Both the position numbers and the translations under genes were made by a program. The notes under the pieces were generated by a model. It was not told where the DNA came from. It worked only from the letters and a program-made list of their open reading frames with translations, and did no database searches. Below, piece by piece: positions 53,044 through 64,000 of a DNA stretch of 64,000 nucleotides. Each line of letters begins with the position of its first letter. Within the stretch, counting starts at the first letter, position 1. Origin of the DNA: Azolla caroliniana (lineage: Eukaryota; Plantae; Polypodiophyta); the NCBI GenBank assembly GCA_043228905.1, contig JBHGNT010000012.1, positions 18,290,001-18,354,000 on the forward strand. The letters run 5' to 3'.

Positions 53044-54610
53044 TTTATTTTTATTTTATTCCAAAAAACACTACTTCGCAATTAGTTAGCAAACAATTAC
53101 ATCATAGACCACCAAAAATTCAGCAACCCTCACTCTGGCCTTCTCACCAAAGTGGACATAGTCCCCACCTCATTTACAACAAAAGTATCCACAACTCCTA
53201 TAACCTAGTAAGTTGTACCATATCTATACATAGTTACAACACCTGTTCACTGATGGAAGCCATTGGGGGGAAAGAACCATCAGGGTGCTTGATAGTTCCA
53301 TTCAAGCCCTGATGATGATTTGCCCACCATAGGAGAACTACCCCATTTCAACAGGAACTTTGACCGAGCTCTTTCAATTGCATCAGATTCCTCCTTAATC
53401 GAATCATACCGTCCCCGCAACCAAGATACTGGCTCGAACCAGATATTTGACAACACCTCACCGTTAGGGATCTTTTGTTGTTGAAAAACAAACTTACAAT
53501 GCCTGGTCCAAATGTGCCAGACCGATAAACAAGCCACCATCATCCATATCTCTTCAAAAAATTCTGAGTTAGTGGCAGGTCGAACTCTAGCACGTTGAAA
53601 CACATTGCCACCCTGCACTATAAATCCATGACCATGAGGGTTTAACTGTTCAGCCCAGCCTTCCCCTGTTAACTTCAACCCCTGTACGGACCCCCATACC
53701 ACTCTCCCATTCGCGTTGCATGGTGCCACTATCCTGAGACTTCTACCCCAAATGTTAATAGCCTCTCCACAATTCCAAAACAGTGAGGAATTGATCCCAA
53801 AGGGCGTCCACATATCTTGCAACCAGCCTCACCACCATGACACCTGAGCCACTCCCCCATCGGTACCGCTTTATGACTAAGAAGCCACAACCAAAGCTTT
53901 ATTTTTTCTGGCATATCGAACGCCCATAGTCTCCTCCAAAACGACTTCAACAAGTCGTAAGAAATGCCTTTATCCTTCCAACTATTGCGAGTTAGAGCAG
54001 CACCCATAGATTTGGAGCCAATGATTTGCCTTCCTTAGTAGTGTACTCGAAAAACCGTTCCACTTTGTTTGTTCCCGGTTTCTGCCACCACACCTCTAGT
54101 GGGTCCCAATCCAACTCACATACGGGCTTGTTGTCAACTATCCAAAGCTTACAATCAGATTCCAGCTTCCCTGGGTCCGGGTTTACTTGCCACTTCTTAC
54201 CTTCCAACATTGCCACTCGCACTGCCAACCACTGACCATTGTCTGCCAAAGCAGTTAGGTTGCCCCACAAACGATACTCATTAGAGGGGCACCTGCCCCG
54301 GATAATTTGTGCATCACCCTCACCTACAAACCACCCAAACCAGACCCCCTCTTCTTCATTCAGCCTAGCTAGACCATCAACAACCTTATCTATCAAACGG
54401 TTCACCTTTTCCTGCCTGCTAGTAAACCTAGTACTACCAACCAGACCCTCCCTTCTTTTCCTTTTGAAAACCTCCCAGTCTCTTACTGAACTAACATTGT
54501 ACCCTACCATTTGTCCCAATGGCAAGTATTTTTTCTGGCCAAGCATCATACCGTCGTCGCTTCTAATCCTAGGGTTCCAAAACAGTGGTTAACGGAGTTG
54601 TTCCTCCATC
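53044..54610 (-). mobile_element. 5'-truncated L1, same family as 16743-23541, with ~17-bp TSD
   Basis: Colinear with 22150-23540 (MMLGQKKYLP, WQVNPDPGKL, WDPLEVWWQK, KIKLWLWLLSHK); TSD AAAAA(G/A)CTACTTCCATT at ~53027-53043 and 54611-54627. Confidence 0.9.
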
Positions 54611-56811
54611 AAAAAACTACTTCCATTAGTTAAGGCAATGTAACTAATGGAAGTAGTTTTGTTTTTGGAAAAAAAAGAAAAAAGAATACCCCTAATGCCA
54701 TTCACTTTTTTAAATTTGATAAAACTCTACTTTTTAAATTAAGTCTAATTACCACTAATGCATTAGGGGTATTCTAGTAACTTGTCAATAACTAAGTAGG
54801 GTTCGTTCATGTTTTATTCCCCTTTCTTTTAAAACAAGTAATGAAAACAAGAAAGCTACTTTGGATGTGCACTCATTGAAAAGCATGTGTACTTAGTCTA
54901 GTTTGGAAAAAGTTAACATGTTACAGTTCACTATATTCTAGTAGTAGACTTTGGAATAGCTACGAATGTTTTATGGGTATTCATGTAATTTGTCAACCAG
55001 GTAGGTGCAGTTTTTTGTTTTCAAATAATTCATTGCCACAAGAAAGCTTGCATTTAGTCCAACATTCAACGACTTACATGTTTCATGTTTCATCTTTCAT
55101 GTTCCATGTCCTGTTTCTCGTTTTTCTTCAATTTGTTTTTTGTTAAAATGTTGGTTGGATACAAAATGGAAGCTTGGGTATTTAGTTTACCTAGGGTATG
55201 TGATCATGCATGTGTCAAGGATGTCTCGTGCATCTCATAGATGTGTCATGGCAAGGTTGTGCATGTGGGTCTTGGATGGGTAATGGAAAAGGGAAAAAGC
55301 ATATACAAGGGGTACACCAACATACATATCAATTATATTGGTGGACATACAAGATATAAAGCAAGTTATGAGATATTGATTGATGCATTTATATAGCATG
55401 AATATCAAAGCTACCATCTTGGAGCTTATTCATGTTTGGATCTTGGCCTTATGCCTAATTTATGGGTAAGTTCACATATGGAGGGGTTATGTGAGCTCAG
55501 AGCTACCCCAAGTATAGTCTATAATGTTTTGGGCAAACAACTTCCGTGGGCCCAAGAGTACCTTGAATATCATTGATGCTTTGTCATTTTGTGTCTTTGG
55601 AACCTTGGATGCCTTAGCCCTTGCATGGAAAAAGTGAATTTTTGTGGTTAACTGCATTAATGGAACCTTTAGGTCCATTCCCTATAAATGCCATCTCTAT
55701 ATCACATGTTTTATAAAAAGAACATTATCTAATGTGAATTTCTACATAAATAAAACTTGTCCTTTATTTGTTATTTATATGAATGCTTCACCTCAAGCAA
55801 AGCCTCCTATGAACCTTAAAAGTTACATTCATTGAATCGACATGATGCTTACATTTTTATGGGCGGTGATAGCTTCATGGAATAGATACCTAGGCTTATA
55901 ATCTCTCTAAATATGTGTTCTAAGGTAGAGTTCCATTTTTTTCTTTTAAATTATTGAAATTCTTTTGGATTTTTCATGTGGGTTTATGTAACACAAAATC
56001 ACACTATGTATAAAGTGATAATAGTTAATAGTGGCATTCCGTACATGTCTTATGCATAAGGTTTTCAATTATTTAATGAATCTTCTTTCTAATTTGGAGG
56101 AATTGGGTTGATGTGGCAATGTAAACTTGACATTGCATGTAGTTTGAGAATGCAGAGAAAATGAAACAACAAGCTTGGGAGCTTACATTCTCAATGTATG
56201 TGTTGTAGAGCATGAGATATATGTCTCCTTATTCCCACGGCTTATGGGATTATATTGTTGCATTCTAGAGAATAATTTCCTACTTCGTTGCCTATATGTA
56301 TACATTGGAGGGACATTGATATAGAATAGGGAGACATTTTGAGATTTAGGATTTTCTCATAATTATATGTTGGGATTATTGGGCCATTTAAGATCCCCTC
56401 TCAAGTTTATGAGGACACCAAATTGTGGGTGGTTGAGTGATTATCCAATAGCCTAATGAATAAATGTTTAACCTAAGACTTGTTAATTATATAATTACAT
56501 TTATGGTCCAAAGATTGAGATCATAAGCTAATATTTAGACATGACCATCTCATGTGAGGAGGATTTCACATGGGGCGTTTCTTTTTGTAGCCAAGTCATA
56601 GGCAAGCTTTTAAAAGTTTGATTCTATCCGAGATCCATCCATGACACATCTATGACCATCAACAACTCCCCCACACCCCATTCAAGATTATGCATGATCA
56701 TCTATGACCCATCCACGATACATCCATGGCTCACTCATGAGTCATGAATCATGACACACCCAGGAGAATTTATACCCTTATATTTCACGTGAAACCACAC
56801 CTTTTGGAGTG

Positions 56812-59800
56812 TTTTTTTTTTCAAAAAGAAAATCCTTCCATTAGTTATAAAATTTTACAAATGAGACTATTATGTACAAATCCCTGTAGGGACGCGATAG
56901 TTCCATCTTATGTGGATGCCCACTGACTCAAGAAAGGGAGAGGACGATCATTGTTGGATGAAGGCTATTCATTGTCTTCGACTCCATCGGAGCCACCCTT
57001 GAGGCCATCATATTGGCTCTTTAGAGTGGCTACAATTTCACTCCATATCTCTTGCAATAACCTTGTTGGATGCGCGGTTTGGTTGGAAAAGTCCCGTCTA
57101 CACCGTTGCTTCCATAGAATCCAAAGAGTTATTGGGTTGACCAATTCCAACACAACTTGAGATTTGTCATTAAGAGGAGTTGAGTGGACATTGCCGCTAG
57201 TGGAGAAAAAAACCTCTTGTGCTTTTATCACCAAAGTCATCCCCTCCTCCTGATGCTCGTATTTGCCAACTGCGAACTGCCATGATAGCCAACATATATT
57301 TCCCCACTTGATTGAGCCTTGCACTTGGCATAATTGCAACAAGCGGTCAACCCCCCACCATATTCGATGGGACGATGGGCAATCCCACATAGCGTGTCGT
57401 ATTGATTCTACTGCATTTGGGCACTCTACACAATTAGGAGAGCTAAGGTTCCCACGTTGCCATGCTCCCACCGGTAGTGACTTATGTATTAATAGCCATT
57501 GGAACGTGGTAATTCGCCTCGCGTGTTGTTGTTTCCAAATTTTCTGCCAAAACTTGGTCATAATTGTGTGAGGAACTTGAAATGTGTGCCAGACCTTTGC
57601 ATCAGCCGACTCTCGGGCGGTTTGAGCAGCTAGAATGTGGCAACCCAATCTAGTTGTGAATTGGAAGAAAGGGATGGGTTTGCTTTCTTGCCCCGCGTAA
57701 GGATCACACCATGTCCATTGCAAAGGGTCCCAACTGACCTTACGTAGCCATGTGTTTTCATGAGTACATATGTGCCAATCGGGTTGTACTTTGGTCGAAT
57801 CAGGATCTACAATCCATTTATGACCAGTATACGCGAGTACTCGAATTGTGTTATTCTGTGTTGGTGTCTCAGTGTCTCACAATTCATAGGCTTCGATCCT
57901 GTCTGGTGTTCCCCTACCTCTCAGGATCAAAGATCCTTTCTCCTCCTAGCCTATCCATTTCTCCATTGTTGTCCTTTGAGTAGCAGCTTCCCTAATCAGT
58001 AGAGCATTAATTATTTCCGATCTCATAGTCCATCCGCCCCTGATTCCATGGAGTATGTTGGCTTGATCTTTGTAGTGGCAGTGATATAAACCGTCTCCAA
58101 CATTCTATACTTTTTCCTGGACCTTCTGCAATGTATCCCCATGACAACCCCTTACGTGATCCCATTAGTTGATTAGATTCATCCTTGATACATGGGTTCC
58201 ATAGGATACGTTGACTAAGCCAGGCAGGTTCGAATCTTGGTTGATCGCACTTGGGCCCTCGTCTAATGTCACACAATGCCTTCCACATGGATGCACTGAA
58301 TCTATCCTCCAATTGGCAGGAGAAACTAGGTTTGAAATCCATGTTTAGAATCCATCCCGTTTGGGGGGGCCAAGTGACCCCTTTTCGTGGCCTAAAGTAA
58401 GCGAAACGTAACCTCAGTAGCATTTTCCAACAATCATTTCCTGGTAAGAGTCCTCGCACCACAAATTTGGCAAGTAAGGCTTTTGATTGTGAAAGGGGAT
58501 TAATAAGACCCAATCCCCCGCTCGACTTAAGCGATGTGAGTATAGGCCACGCCACCTTGGTGCGACTTACATGATCTTCCTTACCAGACCAAATGTAGTT
58601 GCGGACCAGTCGTTGAATCTAATGTATACTTTCCTTGGAGATTGTCCAGCATGATAGACTGTACCATGCTGTTGCGAATAGTACCTGATTTGCCACTATG
58701 ATGCGACCCGCTAACGACAGTTTTTTCGAGCTCCAATGTATCAACTTTTGTCGAATGGAATGGATAACGGGTGCAATCATAGTCTTCGGAGGTATGTTGA
58801 AACCAATTTGGAAACCCAAATATTTGGTGCTCGCTCCTTGATTGATCCATTTGAAAGCGGGATGGGGGTGCCACGCAGGATGTGTTTCATGAGAAAGCCA
58901 TATTGCACAAGATTTGTGCCAATTGATCATGGCATTGGATCTCTTGCAAAATACAGCTAACCCACTTTCTAGTTTTTGGAGGTTTGCCAAATCCCCTTGC
59001 AGGTAGACCGTTGTGTCATTTGCAAATTCTATATCCAGGATGCTTTGGTGAGAATGAGGTATGGGAAGACCACGTAGGTTGAGATGCCACAAGTTGAGAA
59101 AGCAAGAGAGTGCTTCGGCGTATAATAGAAATAAGGATGGAGCTAGTGGGCATCCCTGTCGTACAGATTGGGATATTCAGAAAAAGGGGCCCCTTTCACC
59201 TGCCAGTGAAACGCAACTGTTGTCATTCCTATAAAGTCCTGTAATGCCTTTGATCCATGTCTTTTGAAAGCCGAGTTTCCCATCACACTTTCTAGAGTGC
59301 TTCGGTGTATAATAGAAATAAGGATGGAGCTAGTGGGCATCCCTGTCGTATAGATCGGGATATTCAGAAAAAGGGGCCCCTTTCACCTGCCAGTGAAATG
59401 CAACTATTGTCGTTCCTATAAAGTCCTGCAATGCCTTTGATCCATGTCTCTTGAAAGCCGAGTTTCCCCATCACACTTTCTAGAAAGTTCCAGCATACCA
59501 TGTCTTATGCTTTCTCAAAATCTAGTAGCACCACCGCTATCTTGTCGTTGGTATGCTTGGCAAGGGTTACTGCTTCCCAGAATGAGAAGAGGTTGTCTAG
59601 GATGAAACCTGTCTGGGACGGATGAATGAGTTAAGGGAGAAGTGGTATTAAACAACGTGCCACAATTTCTGCGAGCAACTTATAGACAGTATTGAGAAGA
59701 GTTATAGGCCGCCACTTGTTAATGTCGTTGGCACTCCCACCACTTTTAGGAATAAGATGTATCATCCCCTGTCCAAATTCCTCCGGCATGTTTCTAGAGG

Positions 59801-61414
59801 TGATGATCTCCTCATATGCCTGGAGGAGGTCTTCTTTAATAGTGTCCCAAAGGCATGTGAAAAAGTGAGGGATGAGGTCGTCGATTCCGGGGCAACTATC
59901 TGCATCCAAATCAGAGAGGGCCTCTCATATCTTGATGATTGATAGGGGACGCACGATCCATGTATTCATTTCCGTCGTGACTTTCTCGAGTATGCTTTGG
60001 AGGATAATATCTTCTCTTATGTCTTCCCCTGTGACCAGAGTATCTTCGGTAAGTAGGCGTTTATAGTAACTTGTGGCAATAGTCCTCATTTTGTTGCCAT
60101 CCTCAGTGGTCGTTCCATCCTCTCAGTTGAGGTCGCGCATCATTGTTCTAGCATGCCTCGGGCCTTTGGAGCGGATGAATTCCTTCGTGGTTTTGTCCCC
60201 TACTCGAATCCATCACACCATGCTTCCATGAAAATCCATGTCATATATTTCCTTTTCCGCCATGTTGAGTTCATGTTTGGCCATGGCAACTTGTCCTGCG
60301 ATCCAACTGCATGACGGGTATTTTTGTTGGAGTCGTTGTAAGGCTATTAGTCCATGTTTTGTCCTCTATCGCTTTTCCTGAGCCTCCTTACTTCTGGTCT
60401 TGACAATCTCATGTAAGAGAGTTGCGGCTCTTGTTAATTTAGCTAGAAGTTTGTCAGATGTTGATGAGTCATTGACGGGTAATGACCATTGGTTGGAGAG
60501 TTGTTCCTTCACCTCTATAACTGTGTAAATAGTGTGTGGGATGCGAGGCTGGAATGGGCCCCATTTTTGGTGCAATTGAAAATGATCAACTACCGAGTAA
60601 TGGTCAGAGAAAGTTGTGCCTGGAGTTATGCAACACCGCCCTCCCTTTGCTTCTAGAGCCTCGCCCACATAAATGCGGTCAATGCGAGATAGGATGGGTC
60701 CACTATTCCGCCCGTTTGATCGGGAGAATAAGAGAGAATCCCTTTTTCGTTGGAAGTTGTCAGAATGCCAGATGTCTCGTAGGTTAAGGTGTGCACATAA
60801 CTTCTCCCATTGTTTACATTCCCTTCCTTGTAGAACTATGGGGTTGTTGTTGTTGGAGCTATCGTGAATGGATTCGATCATATTAAAATCCCCTCCAATG
60901 CACCACTCTTCCGCACCCGCTACTTGTAGGTGGATGCGTTCCTAGAATGTTGCCCTTTCTGTTCTGCTATTTGGGGCATAAACATTCATGAAATTCTAGC
61001 GTTGCCCTTGGATGCCTTGGATGGTCAACATGCAAAAATGTGCCCTACCAGGTATAAGTGATTCCTGGTGTATTAAGCCTTGGGCTAGATGTTCCCGAAT
61101 CAAAGTGCAAATACCACCATGATCTCCATCCTCCCCTATTGCTAGTTCCCAAATTGCTCGCCATGATCCTGGTAGAAGGTCTCCGACTTCCTTTGATTGC
61201 GTGCTATCGAGGTGGTGTTCCTGCAACATGATGATGTCAGCAACACTCCCTAATAAATATTCCGCAAGATTCCTTCTCAATTTCATCTATTTTGTTGGTC
61301 TAGTCGACTTCTGAGACCTTGCACGTTCCATGTTACAATCTTCATACTCATGGAATGGGGTGGGAGATTGCCAATTGTTCCTGGTGCTTTGCACAACAGT
61401 TCGTGAGTGGGGAG
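56812..61414 (-). mobile_element. Degenerate L1-clade LINE ORF2 (third family), 5' side interrupted by a copia element
   Basis: MKIVTWNVQGL endonuclease start (~61350), MLQEHH, SRIDRIY..FSDH, WRPITLLN, EFANDT, KYLG, CVECPNAVESIRHAMWDC zf-RVT; poly-T at 56812-56821. Confidence 0.9.
59107..59484. repeat. ~187-bp tandem duplication inside the L1 RT region
   Basis: AGAGTGCTTCGG.GTATAATAGAAATAAGG... at 59107 and 59294; both copies end CATCACACTTTCTAGA. Confidence 0.88.
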
Positions 61415-61722
61415 TGTTGAAGACAAGGCCGTCAATGCGGAAAATCTGATAGCATTCGATTGGGGTTGAATACATGCGTATGACAGAATCGAAGATCGTG
61501 CACAGCGACAGAGATAGAGAGAGAGAGAGAGAGGAGGCACAAAGAGTCTTTCTATTCAATAGAAACAATAATACAACCCAACCTTACAAAAAGGTTACAA
61601 GGTCACTATATATAGTGACCGACTTAGGGCAACTACCATTTATGCTAATTACACAAATGGCCCAAACTTGATCTATACAAAGGGATAGTGTGAATACGTC
61701 CATTATACACTTGTATTCGACA
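61415..61722 (-). repeat. 3' LTR (308 bp) of the second copia element
   Basis: TGTTGA...TCGACA termini, immediately followed by the PPT complement CTCCCCC (61723-61729). Confidence 0.85.
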
Positions 61723-64000
61723 CTCCCCCGTAATGGGCGTATACATGGGTTATCTAAGATTACAGTTATAAACCTAGGTTCTCGGACATATCAGTTTTGT
61801 TCGAGTCGGCAGGGTCCGAAGGCAGAAGACCGAACTGGTCGGGTCGGAAGAGTTGAAGCCGATCATTAGGGAACTGATGTCGGTTGTCTGAAACCATCCT
61901 GCGCTGTGTTCGGCTCTAACCGGACTGGTTTGTCGTTACGCCCATCTGATGCCGAAGGGACCGAAAGCGGTCTGCCGAAAGACACTTGGTCATTCCATCT
62001 GCGACATTGTCGGTTGTGGATATTTTCTCTAGACCGATTTTCCCTGAAATGACGCAGTCCCGAACGAAGTGATATCGAACGTCGATATGTTTGGAGGCGT
62101 TGTGGTGAACCGGATTTCTCGACAAGGCAACAGCACCTTGACTGTCGCTATAGACAACTGGAGCCGAGTCATGGTCGACTTGCCGAAACGTGTGCGCCAG
62201 CCGGCCGAGCCACAAAGCTTCTTTTGCAGCGTCGGACGCAGCTACATATTCTGCTTCGGTCGTTGAGGTCGCTGTGCACTCCTGAAGTTTCGACTTCCAC
62301 GAAATTGCTCCATTGCCGAATTTGAAGCAGTATCCGGTTGTTGATTTCCGACTGTCTATACAGCCGGCGAAGTCCGAGTCGGTGTAACCGACTACGCCTG
62401 AGGTTGAGTTCGGACCGAAAAGAATGCCGTGGTCTTTTGTGCCAGCCAGATATTTGAACACATGCTTGACTGCGTTCCAATGCGATCGGCCAGGATTGTG
62501 CATAAATCTGCTAACGACTCCTACGGCATGAGAAATATCAGGCCGTGTCGCGACCATCAGGTACATAAGGGAGCCGACTGCCGGTGCATACGGTACCGAC
62601 TTCATATCTTCCCCCTCCGGACCGGATGTCGGGCAGTCTCGCTGAGAGAGCCGAAGATTCATGGGGAGCGGGGTTGAAGCAGATTTGGCTGATTTCATGG
62701 TGAAGCGTTCCAAGACACGTCCGATATAGTCGGTCTATGACAAAAAAAGATGTCATTTATCGCGATGCCGACTAATCTTCATGCCAAGGATGTGTCGTGC
62801 CGGACCGAGGTCCTTCATGGCAAACTTCAACCGCAGTTGCCGAATGAGATCGGCAAGTTCGCCCGCGTGGCGTCCAGAAATTAGCATGTCGTCCACGTAA
62901 ATGATGAGGAGGATGGGTGATCCATCTTGAGCTGTGTTGGTGAAAAGACAATGGTCCTCGTCGCTTTTGGAGAAGCCGATCGATTGGATGAAGTCGTCGA
63001 ACTTCTTGTACCATTGTCGCGGTGCCTGTTTGAGGCCGTATAGACTCTTCCTGAGTCGGTAGACTAGATGTTCTTGGCCAGTTGCCACGAAGCCTTTTGG
63101 CTGCTCCATATAAATTTCCTCTTCAAGATCACCATGGAGGAAGGTTGTTTTGACATCTAGCTGAATCAGCTCCAAGTTGTCGGTTGCCACCACGCCGAGT
63201 AGAAAACGAAGGGTTGTCATTTTCACCACTGGTGAAAAAATCTCGTCGAAGTCGACACCGTATTCTTGTCGGAAGCCCTTCACAACTAATCTGGCCTTGT
63301 ACTTTGGGGTGGTCGAATCAGACGTCTCTTTTAGTCGATAAACCCACTTGCAAGGAAGAGCACGTCGATTCTTAGGTAGTTCGACCAGATCCCAAGTCTT
63401 GTTTGCCCGAATGGAGTGCATTTCCGACTCCATCGCCAGATGCCAGGTGGCTGAATCGACAGATGTCGATGCTTCTTCGTAAGACGTCGATTCGCCGGCG
63501 TCGGTGAAGAAAATTCCAGGAGAATACCTCTCCGGAGGTTGCGACAGTCGCTCGGATCGTCGAGGTATGATTGGACTGGTCGCATCGGGTATCGAGGTCG
63601 GATGGTCCGAAAGCGGATTATTCTGTTGTGCCGAGTCAGAGTTGTCCGAGTCGGTGGTGTAAGGTTCAGCTACCCGTGAAGCTGACCGTGTGTTAAGAGC
63701 GGGGCCTTCTTGAAGGGTCGGCACATCGGAAAATGTTACCCTTCGGACTTCGATCAGTTTTTCGACTGATGGATTCATAGCCGACTCGTTGAACACAACG
63801 TCCGAACTTCGAACGATTTGTCTGCGTTCGGGGTCCCAGAGTCGGTATCCCATTTCGTCGTCTGATCCATATCCAAGGAAAATGCATTTCCTGGACCGAG
63901 GTGCAAGTTTTCGGCGATCATCTTTCGGAATAAGGGCGTACGCCTCGCATCCGAAGATCCTCAGCTTGTCGTAATTCGGCTTACTGCCGATCCATAGTTC
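61415..64000 (-). mobile_element. Ty1/copia LTR retrotransposon, relatively young; integrase C-terminus, RT and RNase H; continues beyond the window
   Basis: KCIFLGY..GYRLWDP, CKWVYRLK, YKARLVVKG, QLDVKTTFLHG, LYGLKQAPRQWY, YVDDML, GYTDSDFAG, STTEAEY, KHIDVRYHFVR, ADGMTK; one frame broken only by two in-frame stops (62753-62755, 62735-62737). Confidence 0.95.

Noticed and set aside
56806-61418. GGAGTGTT as an 8-bp TSD of the third L1
   Set aside because: The right-hand TGTT is the start of the copia LTR (TGTTG at 61415), so the match is probably coincidental and the L1 likely continues beyond the copia.

Overview
Eukaryotic land-plant nuclear DNA: AT-rich, rich in microsatellites and retroelements. 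A seed-free plant such as a fern is plausible but cannot be proven from this window. Four host genes are supported. (1) An intronless DUF868-family gene (4411-5583, +). (2) A two-exon ASR / ABA-WDS gene (14125-15582, +) that the ORF track misses. (3) A four-exon AWPM-19/PM19-like membrane protein gene (35837-37261, -). (4) A VQ-motif protein gene whose 5' end lies in a 100-N assembly gap (45574-46512, +). The rest is nested, decayed retroelements: five L1-clade LINE copies (one apparently full length, with TSD), four copies of an RTEX/CR1-like LINE family, two Ty1/copia elements and three probable solo LTRs, plus mini- and microsatellites. Most unusual signals: a 3'-terminal motif (TAACTAAT-GGAAG-TAG..TTTTTGG-polyA) shared by otherwise dissimilar L1 families; a hairpin of two back-to-back L1 tails flanked by an inverted 45-bp duplication and itself hit by another L1; and two plant telomere repeats (TTTAGGG)2 exactly at a ~180-bp deletion junction inside an L1. 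No prokaryotic system or CRISPR array is present. All alignments were done by eye.
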